A stretch of DNA of 63,663 bases, filler included, from Pseudovirgaria hyperparasitica (lineage: Eukaryota): NCBI GenBank assembly GCA_010093815.1. It is 12 parts of 11 records of this genome, joined end to end, with 100 filler letters (N's around TTAATTAATTAA, not from the genome) between each part and the next. Parts side by side here need not be neighbours in the genome. Positions count along the whole stretch, not along the records: positions 37,392 to 39,515 come from ML996633.1; positions 39,616 to 42,618 come from ML996634.1; positions 42,719 to 48,812 come from ML996635.1; positions 48,913 to 54,614 come from ML996636.1; 8 more parts are not named here. The stretch is one strand, 5' to 3'. Position 1 is the stretch's first letter, and each line of letters opens with the position of its first letter. The notes below the pieces were generated by a model. The model saw only the letters and a list, made by a program, of their open reading frames with translations, had not been told where the DNA came from and made no database searches. Below, one piece after another: positions 37,392-51,635 of this stretch. The position numbers were made by a program, and so were the translations under genes.

Positions 37392-39294
37392 AAAGTCGTC
37401 TAGGCCGTATAGAAGTAGGGACGGGTAGTATCGCTCCTCTCCCTTAATATAGCCGGAGCGTTTAATAAGGTAAACTATATAAGACTTATTTATAACCTCC
37501 GGATAAGACAAATACCGGAATAGATTATACGCTTTATATAGTTATTCCTTATAGGAAGAATAACTTAGATATATATCCCTAGATACTAGAGCGAATATAA
37601 AGAGACGGTATACGGCATCCTATAAGGGAGTACTATCTCTCTAATCCTATTCCTCTTCTTTATAGTAGACCTTCTTTAAGGAATAAAGTATATAGAGGTA
37701 GTTAGATACGTTAATAATATATACCTTCTAGCTATTAATAATAATACTAACCGAACGTGTAGAAGACTAGAATAGAACTACGAGAGGTGCCTCTAGTAGG
37801 TAAAACGCTATAGAGTAAAGTTCGCCCTAGAGAAATACTAGCTTATACACTTTATTAATTATTAAGGGAAATAGGTAACTAGGGAAGGCGAATAATACCC
37901 CCGAATCGACGTATTTAACGAACTACTAGTATAAAGCATACGCGCGCTCGGAGTTATACTAGATAGTAAGCTTAAATGGGGACCATAAGTAGTATACGCC
38001 GTCTCTAGGGCCCTCTAGATAGAAGCCGCTATATAACGGATTATAGCCTCCACGTGGGGAACCGCCTAGGATAAGGCACGCTAGCTATATATATCTATAG
38101 CACGACCCGCCTTTACGTATAGACACGAGTACTAGTATACGGCCCTTATATAGACTAGGCGAATAAAGCTCGAATCTATATAGAACCGTATACTCCGTCT
38201 TATATTAGGCGTATATAAAGCTACTAACACGGTACTACTACGACGCGAGATAGACATTATAAGTATATATAACTTCTACTAGACATAGAGGGTAGTATAC
38301 TTTACTAAATAATAAGTATAGAAACGTATAGAAAACGTAGAATATACTTTTACCGCGCTACGTGTATGAATTAGTATATATTACCGCGTACTCCTATATA
38401 TAGGCCGGAATTAAATACGGTATAGGTGCTTAATAGAAGCCGACTCTAGCTAAGTAGTATAAGAAGTCCGAGATAACCCGGACGCTCTCCTAGACTAGTA
38501 GAGCCTTTAAGAACTTATAAAAAATATACGGTCGTGGACTTAAGATAAGTAGAAAGAGACACTCCGTACCCACTAGACCTTCTAGTAGAATAGATACCTA
38601 GAGTAGATTCCAGGGCTATAGAAGGAACTAAGTAAATAGATATATAAAGGGCTAACGAAAGCCTAAGTATCTATACTTATCTAAGCCCGAACGGGCGCTA
38701 TAGAACTTCTATACTACCTCTATAAGAGAGACGTCCCCGATGTATCTCTATAGTATAAGGCGTGCGGCCGGAGAGGTATAATACGCTACTATCTAGCTAT
38801 ATACCCTAACCTCTATATATAATAGTAATAGCTTATCTACGTTATGAAGACTTTAGATATTATACGATAGCTTAATAAGTACTCTAAGGATATCTCCTAA
38901 TAGATACTTATATATCTACTACTCCTCTAGTACTAGTAGACCCGGAAATATATACCGGAAGAGACCTAGTATACGCCGGTAGTAACCCGATATATACCGG
39001 AAGAACCCCGGGAGAACCCCGATTATTAGTTAAGGGCAGCCCTTAACTAATAACCTCCGCACCTACACGTGCTATCTAAGGGTAAAATAACGGTAATATA
39101 GGCTATAGGCTAATAGGCGTACCCTATAGCTATATACTTAAGACGAAATAGAGGTTTAACGAGATGTAGTTATAGATATAAGGAAGTTTTTCCCTATAGG
39201 GTTTCTTCTTATATAGTAGCTTAGACTAGAGGAGGCATAGGCCTATAGAGTACTACTCTACCTAGTTATACAATATTATTATTATTATTATTAT
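37392..39294 (+). mobile_element. Tad1-like LINE 3' half: RT, C-terminal CCHC finger, 3' UTR, (TAT)n tail
   Basis: DIAGAFN, GILxGSTISLILFLFF, VRYVNN (YADD equivalent), FALEKYxLIHF, RALGVILDSKLKW; no RNase H seen. Confidence 0.88.
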
Positions 39295-39825
39295 ATATTC
39301 TATTATATAAGACTTCTAGAGTAAAGGGAAACTCTAGAAGAACTCTATAAAAAGTATTCTAGAGAAGATAGATCTATTAAATAGACGAACGAGTATCTAT
39401 TATATTCTAGAGGATATTATACCTCTATTCTAGATGTTATTATACCTCTAATATAGAGGTTATATATCTATAGACGTTACTTTACCTCTACTCTAGAGCT
39501 AGTTCTACTCTAGAGNNNNNNNNNNNNNNNNNNNNNNNNNNNNNNNNNNNNNNNNNNNNTTAATTAATTAANNNNNNNNNNNNNNNNNNNNNNNNNNNNN
39601 NNNNNNNNNNNNNNNCTGTCGCGTATAGAGCATATTAGAGACTCTAAACTGAGAGTCTCGGAGGGCGAGAACCCTGCTGCTAATTCACTTACTCCCCTGT
39701 GTGGTGAGTGAGGTGTTTTGAATGTCACCTCATTGAGACGGCGTGTTGCTTCAAGAATTCGTGCCTCTGTAGTCATGTTGTCTAGAAGGTGGCGATAAGC
39801 TCCTGGGTGGTACAAGAGTTTCTCA

Positions 39826-41073
39826 AATTCGCCGATACGCACGTACGTTGTTATGGTCTATACAACGAACGAGAAGCTATTCTTCATTCCTTTATACGCT
39901 GAAATAAATCACTTATACGAATTTTTCAACGTTCTCCGGTAAGATATACCCAGTGCGAAACTAATGACTCGAGACCGAGAAATTTTCAATTACAATGACC
40001 GATACAGGTTTGAAGAACTGCTCCGGATGCACCAGTACTTATTTATAGGCAACACGGCATCTCTGACTCTATTCAAGGAGAACGAGCGCATTTATGACAG
40101 ACCTGATACTATGCACCTGGAACTTCCATCTAAATCTAGTCTGCTTAAGCTGCCAAGAAAATCATTGACAAGACACGCTCCAGAATCAAACAACCAACAG
40201 GCGTCAAGGGATCAACACGTCATCTTGCCAACTTATTAGAGCCTCCATCAACTTCTGCGCCAAACTTGCCCACGGTAACAATTAATCAAGAGTCGTGACC
40301 TAAACGTCGTCGCTTGTGCAGGTAGCCATGCGGGGATCTCGCTGGAATTGGTCGCCTTTTTGGAGGCCGTAGGACGTCGATTCCATGATTGTGGTCACTG
40401 AGTGTCTGCATAGGGAGGGATGTAAAGTAGGAATAGAAGTCCATCATTGTCGCTACAGTTTTGCAAACTGAAGTCCAGCTCGCTCTGTTGAATGGTGCGA
40501 TTTTCATCAGCGCCCAGACCCTCAATGGATGCGACTGGAGAAGAGTGTTTCCCACTTGGCGAAGCGTACGGATCATACAAAAGATCAGGTGTGGCTTCAA
40601 GAGATCGATCGTTGAGGCTTGATCGATTGGCAGGGTCAAAACCACCGATGACACCTACTGATTGTGATTCTCTCACCGTTTGGAAATCGCAGGGTAGATA
40701 CACTCGCGTGGGATTTTTATCCTTTTGTAAGAGTGAGTGCGCTGTTCGATAAACTCGCAACTTCAAAAACTCACTTGAGTAGGCCAAGAAGCCTCTTTGT
40801 CATGACGATATACATGGATCTCACCATTGTACGCAACTCTACAGTCTATTTCCATACCAGGAAACTGAGCTTGAAGTTGGTAGCATTTCCTAAACAGGGT
40901 AAGACGATGGCCATCTAGGACTTTGGCCGACATGGTGTGGGTCGGTCGTTTGCAGTATACAAAGTGGAAACTGATATCTGGGGAGAACAGATAAAACAGA
41001 GAAACACAATTATAAGAAGTCGATAGTCCAGATAGTCTTGTTCTGGAGAGGCGGATAACGGATTTTAAATACT
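39826..41073. repeat. Segmental duplication; inverted copy at 58881-60275
   Basis: Matching ORF translations (39964/59748, 40395/59167, 40664/58928); this copy has three deletions. Confidence 0.92.
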
Positions 41074-41479
41074 AGTAATTACATCTATCTATAATTAAGC
41101 CCATCTCTTCATTGGCTAAGTATTTTTGGCATCTATGGTAGTATTTTTAGTGAGTGGGTAGCGGACCGACCCGACACTACCAGCCTTAAACCGGGTTCCA
41201 GAAAATACGAATTTAGGCGAAGTATAAGTACGTCAAGGCAACCGCAGGTAACAGAGGAAGAATTTTCCTCTGGAATTTCGTAATCAAGTTACTATGTACC
41301 CCCCGGAAATCTACGCGATTTGTCTTGCGTCGTGCTTTACCCTTGTGCTTGCATGGCAAACTTGGCGACATGTCTTCGCTACCATGGGACATTCTAGTCT
41401 CATACGCGCTGGCAAGGTCTTTCGATACATGCTTCTATTACACGTCGAAGAGGATCCTCTCATCTTACCTTAATTCATG

Positions 41480-42082
41480 GCATATTTTTATGTCTTTATG
41501 CCGCCGCAAACATAGTCGGTGTCGATGTTCCCGATGTTGCCGCCTCTCGTCTCTTGTTCGTTTTCTTTCCTGCTCTTGCTCATGGGTTTGCAACTTTCCG
41601 TATGCTCTACACTCTGCAAAAAATGGATCAGAGTGATAAGCGATTATCTCATCGCTTGCCTTGACCTTATCGGTAGGAAATACTGAAGAGCGTTCGTGCT
41701 CGACACTGAAGAACTTGAACTAGACGCATATTAGGCCTGAACGATATAGTCGTGATCAACTATGCGCGTATGTACCTACCACCTTCAGTGCATACTTCTT
41801 CTTACCTATGCGAACTTTGAAGACATAGCTGTGGCTTCCTTCGGCTCCTTCAGATCCGTCCAAGCGCGGCGACGAACTGAGAAGCTTTATGAAGTGGATA
41901 GCAAGCCCCCCTCTCTTGAACGCTGACAGGTTTGGTCCTTCGCAGGGTGGCAATGGTCTTCTAAGGCTATGTGGAAGTTGCGAGCGCGCCAACAACATAT
42001 CGTAGCGAATTTTGAGGTCTTCTCGTTTTGAGGTTCTGGAATACAAACAAGCATAGGCGGCAGCACCTAGGCCAACAGGCAT
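41480..42082 (-). pseudogene. FTA2-family (kinase-like) gene, probably truncated
   Basis: PLPPCEGPNL..GSHSYVFKVRIGKKKYALKV, intron, FKFF...AYHSDPFFAECRAYGKL; downstream frame degenerates. Confidence 0.65.
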
Positions 42083-42842
42083 GAGGCGTTTCCAGGGATA
42101 TCTACCACTATAGGACCCCTGTTTTAGTGCATTACTCCAAGGGATGTGCTAAATCCGCCCCAAAAATTCGCCTTGCTCGTGGATAAGATCAGCATCAGCT
42201 AGGCGGCAATGTTACCTAGTCATTCTCTCCGTGTGGGGTGCCGACGAACGTACCTTGCATTGTTAGTCTTGACCTAGGACACGATCAGGACAGTATCTTT
42301 ATAAGACCAGGTGTGAAATTGAATACCGGTCTGGACGAAAGAAAACAAAGAATGGGAACTTGAAAACGGACGTTCCCGCGTCAGTCTCGCATTAGCATTG
42401 CACCAAGATGAGAGATTCTCAAGCATGAATTTCATAATTTAATAGGCATATCTCATTTCGTTAGCCGAACACGCAGTCCGAAATTTCACGTGTCTGAGTG
42501 TTAAGCAAAGCAAACGTTCCAGCTGCCCTGCAGACTCATGCTGAGGAACTGACAGCCCTGTTCAGATATACCGCGAGGTAAACTAAAGTGCTTCAGGAAC
42601 TGAACTGTTTGTTTTATANNNNNNNNNNNNNNNNNNNNNNNNNNNNNNNNNNNNNNNNNNNNTTAATTAATTAANNNNNNNNNNNNNNNNNNNNNNNNNN
42701 NNNNNNNNNNNNNNNNNNGGAGGGACGTAGAGGGCTTTATGTCATACATGAAAAGCTAGATTTTTCAAGGACTGTTATAGGCGAGGAGCATGCAGAAGCT
42801 GGCAGTATGGCAATCTCAGGCACGTAATTACTTCTCATGCAT

Positions 42843-43454
42843 TTACCATACTAATTGAATAGTCTGTGGCTCACCCGGTTTCGAGAACGCTCTTCGAAAA
42901 GCGGTCATCAAAAGCAAAGACGAAATATATTTCACAAACGTTGGGATCCACGCTAGTGATACCGATTTAAGTACGCAGTCGTAATTAAGGGAAGAAACTC
43001 TAGTTAGAAAGACAAGTAAACAATGGATATGCGGAAAGACATTCTTATCTTCAACACGCTGAAGAGTTAAGCTAAAAGTAGAGAATGTAATGTGTAGAGC
43101 ATGAGCGAACGTCGGTTGTGTAAGAAGATCAAGCTGACGAGTAAGGTCTTCCTCTGACGGTAGCGTGATAAGTCCGATTTTATCATCATTGGGGCCGTCT
43201 TGCGGTTGGGTAAGAGCCTCGATTTCTCTTCTAAACTTGATGTCGAAATGCTTGCGAAGGACTGCACTATCTTCTCCGTGACTAAAAAGACTCGAGATGT
43301 TTATTACAGCAATATATATGCCTTGATATCCCCATTTTGCAGAGACCCGACTGATATGAGGGTCCAACTGGCGGAGATAATCGTTAGTAGTAGCATCAAA
43401 TGTCTCAAGAGATTCTTTGGTAATGAGTATGCCGTGAGCCTTGATGTAAATCAT
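42843..43454 (-). pseudogene. Est1/SMG6-like DNA/RNA-binding domain fragment
   Basis: IKAHGILI..DPHISRVSAKWGYQGIYIAVINI..ITFSTFSLTLQRVEDKNVFPHIHCLLVFL; N- and C-terminal parts not found. Confidence 0.65.
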
Positions 43455-44289
43455 GTCAATATCGGCTGCATATCATGTCCGAGTAGAACTAGAGCCTAGG
43501 TGGATAGAGATCCGTAGACTTTTCGGTCTTCCCTTCGTGGGGCGACGAAAGAATCAGAGATGGGGCTATCGCTATGTACTTGCAGGGATGGACATTCGCA
43601 GTCTTCAGTTACCGAATGCGGGAATTGTTTAATGGCTTCCCTGACGCCGATACAGGCGGTCTCAGTCTGTCGCATTCCTAGTAACATGTCATGTGTCCCT
43701 ATTGGCACACAAGCAAGGCAGGGTCGAGACCCGATTCCGGGCCATTGAGGGCGCACTGCTATTTTCAATTCTAAGACTAAATTTGGGTCAGCGCAAGATG
43801 TACATGACGAGAATCATATAAGCTTCATAGACAAAGTAACAATACTTTATACGCCAGATACCAAAACCACCTCAACTACAACCCTCGTAGTCATTTGGTC
43901 ACTCCTGCGATTTGACATGTCTATGCAGGCGGAAACGAAACGAGACACTGTCTGGCCTGGAAGCAGCTCCAGCTCGTCTATTAATTATGCGACAAAATAC
44001 CAGAATTTGTCCATCTCACGTAAATTTGGGTGGGGGAGACATCGTGCGACATGCGAATGCCAAGCTCGTTAGGTTCTAGGAAAACGACGGATTACTTCGG
44101 CTAAACTATTGATACATGATTACTCAGTAAATCTTTGTTCAGAACGCTTAGAGCACTGAAATATACTGTACGCTTGAGAAACCCTCCTTGCCGAGGGGAA
44201 TCAGTGGCAACTCGTTCTGTGACAGAATACGCCTTACCATTCTACCTGACTATTATCGACATTGAAAGAAGTCTAAACTTACCGTCATC

Positions 44290-45279
44290 ATGTCCGCTAA
44301 CAATGCTCTGACACCCCGTGTATTCCTTTTTCGCCATGGTTAGTCCACTATCAGGTTGTATAATAAACTAATCGTTGACGATGAGTGCCTGGTAGGAGAA
44401 ACCGAATGGGCCAAATTGGGCCGTTTCACCAGCACTACTGATATCGCCTTGAACCCAACTGGCTCTGCTCAAGTTTCCGGAATGGCTATGATGCTCGTGG
44501 GACCGGGAAAACTCCTCGACCCGTGTCGCCTTGAGCGCATCTTTGTCAGTCCAAGGAGAAGAACCAAACAGACCTTTGAGTTATTGCTGGGACCTAAATC
44601 AGATTTCGCCGAAGGAAAATATACCTACACCGAGGACATCACGGAGTGGGATTATGGCGATTATGAAGGGCTTAAGGACCACGAAATCAGAATCCTCAGG
44701 CAAGAGAGGGGTCACGACAAAGAAAAGAAGTGGGATATCTGGACAAATGGATGTGAGGGTGGAGAGTATGTTAAGCACTACTCTAGATGATGACCTGCTT
44801 CTCATTCTATAAAGATCGAGACACCAAGTTGAGGAACGGCTGGACAGGATTATCGTACAAATCAAAGAGATTCAGCAGCCTCATATGCATGGGGAGAAAC
44901 CTGCTGATGTCCTTGTTGTATGTTCTCACGCCATCATTCCACCATCTGTTCAGTATGCCTGGATTCGTCCATTGCGACTAACAAATGATCACTACAGGTT
45001 GCACATGGCCTCATCCTTCGCTGTTTTACGAAGCGGTGGATCGGCTTATCGATTAATAATCCGCTGCCCATCATGCTCGAACCTGGGGCGATCTCTGTTT
45101 TGAGGTACGTCTATTAATTAGACTTTTGGTGTCATGGTGTTAACGGTAATCCACTACTTAATTATAGTTACAAAAATAATAACGTTAATGAGCCGGCCTT
45201 GCACGTCGGCCTAGCGTTTCCGTTTGAAGGAGATGCAATACCAGCGGGGCATATGGAAAAGATTCCAGCTCTAGATTAA
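44290..45279 (+). CDS. Histidine phosphatase / phosphoglycerate mutase family, sedoheptulose-1,7-bisphosphatase (SHB17)-like, 5 exons
   Basis: TPRVFLFRHG|ETEW, EWDYGDYEG, WDIWTNGCEGGE, VAHGLILR, EPA; introns 44339-44395, 44766-44814, 44918-44997 and about 45104-45167 give an intact frame. Confidence 0.9.
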
Positions 45280-46185
45280 ACACCGTGCTGCGTGTCTGCA
45301 TAGATCTAAGGATGGGGCCGTTATGACAATAGTCTCACGAGACCACTTCTCTGTCTATCAGGGTGCTCAAGAAAACATGCGAATTGGTATGTACATGTTG
45401 AACCAAAGTCGACCTCCTTGGATATACCGCATTACCTATGGAATGGAATACAATATATAGATTAAGTGAGGATAGTAGCTGTTGTAATTACAATGAGCCC
45501 TGTGTCACTCATTATAGCAATCTCATCACCAATCTTTAAATGCCATAGTGCGGCTTTAGTGTCTAGGGGCCGTGCCTGGGGGTGCGTGTTTCAATGGAGG
45601 CTATACCAAGTTCAAGGATATAAATATTGGGCTCATGCTTGCCTGCCAGGCATGGCTTTATATTCGCCAGAGAATTCGACGTGAGGCGATCCACGTCTTC
45701 AAAGCGTACATTCGATGTTGTAGGGTCCATCGATCGACATCGATCCCCCATCCCATGTTGGTCGCTGTCAGGACATCAGTGTGGAATTCGCTTCCATCCA
45801 CAGAGCAGGCGGCTTACCTAGCGACTCGACATTCGTAATCACACCCCTGCGCGCCTGTTTCAGCCATTAGTCTACTACACCATCATCATGCTCTCGCCCA
45901 GCTTGACTCAAAAAATAGCACGTGCGTTCTCGAGTCATTAGAATGCAGAGAGACATAGACCATACCTGGAAGATACCAAACTTTGGCGCTGAGACCTGAG
46001 ATCTCTTCCACTGTGTGAAGACATTCGCTTGACCACTGGCGGAAGAGAGGAAGATAGGAGCCCTCTGTGATCGTAGGTCATGAATGTAGTGTCTCCCGGT
46101 AGTCCTGGGTTTAGGCACAACTCTATCAGCTCCGCTCAGTTCCAAAGGACAAGATAAAGCCAGTGCCGGATCACATTGTAGCCTT

Positions 46186-46290
46186 TCCTGGCATGAAATA
46201 TGCGATGCGGCGGCATGACCGTAGAACATCATGCGGATAGCCACAGAGAGGGTAGTACCTTGCAACACGAGAAAAAGTTGAGGAGCGTCG
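46186..46290 (-). pseudogene. 5' fragment paralogous to the dsRBD-like gene at 11196-11604
   Basis: MMFYGHAAASHISCQ versus MFYDHAAARHVSYQ, with shared upstream sequence. Confidence 0.55.
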
Positions 46291-49200
46291 TGTGTTAAGA
46301 GCTAGCAGCTCTGATGCGAAGCTCCAAGCCGCATCATATCTTGTAGTAGTGCCGTATATATCTGTCGCAACTGCAGATTACGCTTGCCAAGACATTACAT
46401 AGATCAGCCCGGTCAACCCGGCCGCGGACTTAGACATCTACAACAACCAACTCGTTACACACATTTAACCTTATCGTGCATCAGAAGACAAAGACCAGAT
46501 CTCGTCACTCTTCTCCACTAGGTCCATGTAATTGAACGGAAGACAGGGAATGGTAAATCAGACATTGACTGCGATGATTATGTCCCCACAACTACGCGCT
46601 ACCGGATTTTGATAGGATTTGGAAAATAGTTTCGTTAGACGTCAAACTTAAAGAAACTCTCTCGATGAATCTGGAGAAGAATTCTTAATTCGAAGGAGTC
46701 CCATAATCAGCCTGTGCATAGACTGTCACGATCAAATGAGGCAGGCTTTGCATAACACAAAGGCGGTTGCGGTTCTTTGTGGATCCGGTCTGAGATCATG
46801 CTCTTGAATAGCAGAAAGGCGGAAGTTGTACAAGCTCGGACAAATACGACGATGCATTGCGTCTCTTGTACACAAAAAATATGAATAATCCAAATGTTCC
46901 CATGCAAGGCTCGTGCTCGTGTTATTAGGACATCATTGAGTCCGCCGCACCATCGTGAGCAGGGCATATGGCTCCAAGATTTTTTAAACACAAACAAAAC
47001 AAGAGAGAGGACCAAACTTGGCATGACGTGGCTAGCTTTTTTTGACTGATTCGAGTCGAGCGTGACTTCATTGCTTGCCTTTCGCTTTAATATTGGTTGG
47101 CCTTTTAGGCCGTCATCTGTCGATGTTGTTGAGGGAGTATAATGTGATTGCTGGGGTCCGCTGGCTGAGGTGAGTACATAGTCACATTAAGATCAATGAT
47201 TGCCTGCTGAAGAGTGGCATACTAGATATAAAGTCAACACCAAGGAGCTATCAGGAGACTATATATTATCAGAGCTATCTATGGATTATAAATGTATTCG
47301 GGACATACTGCAAGCTGCCAGGCTCACTTCGGACTGAACGCGACATGCATGCAGGCCTTGCATGTAGCGGAAAGATGAATGAGGGTAACCTAGAACAAGT
47401 CACGTGTAGAGAGTATAACGAGAATAAGGAAATGTACACGACGATAGCAGGCAAGTCTCTGCAACATATGTCTAAGGAAGAAACGCTGGCCATTCTGTCC
47501 GGTCGTGTGTGATTGAGCTATAATCAAGCTGTGTTCGCGACGATCTAGTGCTTTTGCCGTCTCCAGATGAACTGTTAAACCCCTTGAACTGCATTGGTGA
47601 TTTTGCTTCTAGAGCCTCGGCTTCGGATCTCTTTAGCCTCATCCACTTCCCTCGGACAGTGTCATCGCTTGCAACATCGCAGGAAATGGTTTTCGCATCA
47701 TTAATCATCTCTTTGAACAAGACAGGACAAATACCCGCGGACTGGTACCGAGAATAGTGTGATTGTATGCTCCACCTACTTCAAAGCTCAGCACGACGAT
47801 TGCTTAGATTCAATCACGCAATCTAAAAGTAGCATCATTACAACCGAAAGCGAGGATTCGAAATAGACCGAACAGGCTGGATAGAGACTGGTCATGGCTC
47901 AGTAAGGGCATGGATCTCGAATCAGTGATACCGACTCAGTACGGTCATGGCTCAGCATATTAGTTTGGATACTTTAAGGTATGTTTTCTATACTACAAGT
48001 TTCATTCCGTAAGGGATTATCTTTTAGTCAATCTTTTAGTAATATTCGATCCATTTCGGGGGTTCACCGCTTGGACTCCTGAGTCCATTGGCATGGAAAG
48101 AATGCTCAACTTCTTATCATCATGTTCTAGGCATACCGACAGTGAAAGCCCCTTAAGTATAGTAGAAAAGCAGCTATAAATAGGAGAGGCACGGAGTGAA
48201 AGCGACAAGATCCGGTCCGAGGTCCGAACCGGGCCGTCATGTTAGCCTCTAGATATAGCATTGAGAAGACTTTTGTGCGTGTGCGAGATAGACAGATCAT
48301 CCGACGTCTGAGATTCCGTTACCGGTCGTGCGAAGGAAGTCCTCAGCCGTCTGCTTGATCCAAGTATACGCCTGGGTCCCCGAAATTGTAGGAGCCACAG
48401 ACCTCGTTCGAAGTCCTAGAAGACAACCCGGAATAATTGAGCTGCTGGGGTATGTAGACAGCATAGGGGTCATCTGAGAGGACTTCACACTCTGTTTCTG
48501 CTCCTAGGGAAGTCGCTGACAATGGTTCGAGGGGCGTTTGCGACTGCATCTTGCTGTCAAGGCGGACGCTAGAAAGTCAGTATCCTCCAGAATTCTGCCG
48601 GGCGTAAGTACAACTAAGAGTGCTTTAAATACTAAGTTTCGAAAAGACTGATGTCCGGAAGAGGCAGTCTGAAAAGGCGCAGGCCCCACATGCCGACGCT
48701 GTGTGCCATTTCGCTGTTGTATCGTACTAGGTATAAGTTGATTGATCCCTGCAGTGATGAGAGCTACAGGGCGCGCAGGAAGCGTCTCTGTAAGGCTCAG
48801 TAAGTAGGCAACNNNNNNNNNNNNNNNNNNNNNNNNNNNNNNNNNNNNNNNNNNNNTTAATTAATTAANNNNNNNNNNNNNNNNNNNNNNNNNNNNNNNN
48901 NNNNNNNNNNNNGCAAGTTCTGTCCATGGGATGCATACTTTGAACCTGAGCCAGCCAAAGGCACAGAGAACCCGTATCAGCCTGTACGCCAATGCGCAGC
49001 CGGATCGATCGATGCTGACATCCATTTTGTTTTGTGCTCCGGCACCACATCCGACGGCGGTGATCCGGCCATCCCCGGCTACCGAGCACCTTCACCGGAT
49101 GACGGACCGAACGCTACGCCGCAGCATTTCTCTGCTTCATCTCCCTCTCCCTCTCCGCCACTTGCCAGCTTGGTGCACCAGGGCACATCGCCTCTGTACA

Positions 49201-50657
49201 GCCCGGTAGACGATGGCGTCACGACACGTTATGCGGCTGCTCCAGCTATAGTGACGATTGAGGTCACCGGGACTGCCCTACTCTCTGAGAATAATGTTGC
49301 TAAGATAAAAGAGCATCTTGACTGGGTTGTTAGTTAGTGTTCTTGAATCCAGGAGCCGGAAGCTACTAGTTGATGTCCTATTATAGATGTTCTAGTAACA
49401 CTACTCGTGTTCCTGTGGTCATGTGCAATGAGCACTGTGTGATACAACTGTGAGCTTTGACTTGGTCACACGTCGTCGTATAGAGCTGGGCCAATCCAGG
49501 GCCAGGCACCCAAGTGTCCCGCGAAATCCACTAAGTCGCCGCCTGGTATCGGCTAAACTGGTAGGCCATGGATACTGAGCCATGGAATTGCAAGGACCTT
49601 ACGCACAACGCGCAGACTATCCTTGCTCAACGGTTCACGCAGCGGCTCGCAGACCCATATCTGAAGAGCTTCCTGCGCGCCCTCATCACTGCAAGGTATA
49701 ATGCAGTTTATCAGCGAAATGCCACGCAGCGTTAGGCACGTGGAGCCTGCGCCCTCTCAATGTGGGAACTTCGGTAGAGTAAAGCGTGATAAAGTACCCT
49801 CTGCCGGAGCGTCTCATAAATGTAATACCCAAGTCCTCAAAAGTTCGAGATGAGTGGTCCAATCTGTTGGTCCGTATGAAGCGCGAGATTGTCATCGCAC
49901 GCCCGGGGTATTTCACCTCAAGGGAGGCAGTAGGTATACCTCTACCCAGGTATAGAACTCTCGATCAAGAGTACCAAGCTTAGTCGGAGTCTGTCCTTTC
50001 GGTGCTCTGGCTCGACGCCACCATCCATCATCCAAGAACACGTAAGAGTCTCCGCTATGCCCTCAAGGTATGGAGGGGTGCTGTCTCTGAGCGCGCACTA
50101 CTAATACGTTTCAATAGCTTACGATCCCAGCCTCGCTCAGAAAACTCTTTAGATAGAAACTGTTTGGATACAGTGAGGTTGAACTCTTCGTATACCCATC
50201 TAGCCATCTCATCAAGTTATAACCAGTCCTCGCGAAGTAGTCTCTCAAGCAGTTGTCGGATCATACAATCGCTCAGTCGACGAGGTGACCACCCGTCAGG
50301 AGCATTGAAACCAGCTGTTAAAATTGGCCGCGGGTTGCGAGCATACTAGGTAGAGTTATTTTTTACTCTACAGGCTGTGCCTCCTCTAGTCTAAGCTGGT
50401 ATATTCTTCGCCCAATAGTCTTTTTTACAAAAGAGTCCAGGTACTTTCTGATGTACAATTCACAACGCCTTTGGAACCGGTTCGTACAGTAGAATCCCTT
50501 TCTCCATCGAGCAGCTATTTGTATAGGTGTTAAGTTTGACGAGAAAAGCGTCTCTTAGTAGTATTTCTCACGACGGCAAGCTAAATAGATGACGCTGCGT
50601 CCCTGTCGTCCTGGCCCTACCTATCCCATGTGTTTCTAGCTCGTCAAGTCCCATGCT

Positions 50658-51295
50658 TCATGGTCTTCTAAGACTAACATTACTCTGCTCAAGGCTTTCG
50701 GTAGCTTTTACAGGCTCTCCCGGCCCGCCTTCCGGAATTTTTGGTAAAACTTGGCGGGGGCGGTTTCGTCCGTTTCGAGGACGCAGGGTAGGTCCCACCC
50801 TCTGCAACCCCGCAGTTGATGTAGGCGACGATTGAATCTCGGAAGCCTGTGCAAGATTGTCCGGGTCGATCGTGAGATGGAGCGTTTCTATCTCCCTAAG
50901 CAAACTCTCATTGTTCCTGGCCAGCGCAGCATTGGCCTCTTGAAGCTGCGCCACTTGAGAAACTAGTTCACCCGTGGCATCGCGAAGCTGGCTGTAAAAG
51001 TGTTGCAAAGTTGTACGAACCGGAAGCCAGCTCTGCTGAACCTCGCGATCGATACGAATGAATGCATTATGGAGCTGCACTGTTATCAGTTCCATAGCGT
51101 TCTTCACAATCTTTAGCTTACCATGTCTGTCACCTCTGATTCTGGCAGCATGGTTTGTAGAGTACTGGTAGACAGTCCCGCCTGGATAAGTCTAGATATT
51201 GGTAAGAGTTTGGTATCGTGAATCTCATCACGTGTTCTTTGTGCTTCATTTATATACGTCCTCGACTCATCCACCTTTTCCAGCGGTTCTATCGT
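50658..51295 (-). CDS. Hypothetical coiled-coil protein, paralogue of 23948-24586
   Basis: Highly similar translation and the same intron signals. Confidence 0.45.
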
Positions 51296-51635
51296 CTGAC
51301 TCTACGTCACAGCGTGCCAAGTAGTCGTACTCACCTCCTCCTTGCTTGAAAAGTCTACAGGATTATGCGTGGTGCCAAAGATCATCTTTGCATAAACTCC
51401 CTGCGCCCTCCTAAGGGCGTTGACTTTCAGCTATTTAGTAGGCCGGCCCTGGTTTCCAGTTCATGGATAGCAAGTGCCGTGAGGGCTTCGTTTCGGGTTC
51501 AAGAAAGCGGGCACTCCCACAGATCCACCAGCAGAAGACTAGCCTGCCTGTCCGGGCATTCACGGTTTCTAGATACGGATTTACAGCATCAATACAGCAG
51601 AGAAGTGTGAGTCGCGCAGAATCACCCATACGACA

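Noticed and set aside
46300..49340. Short ORFs on both strands
   Set aside because: No family recognised and no supported splice model
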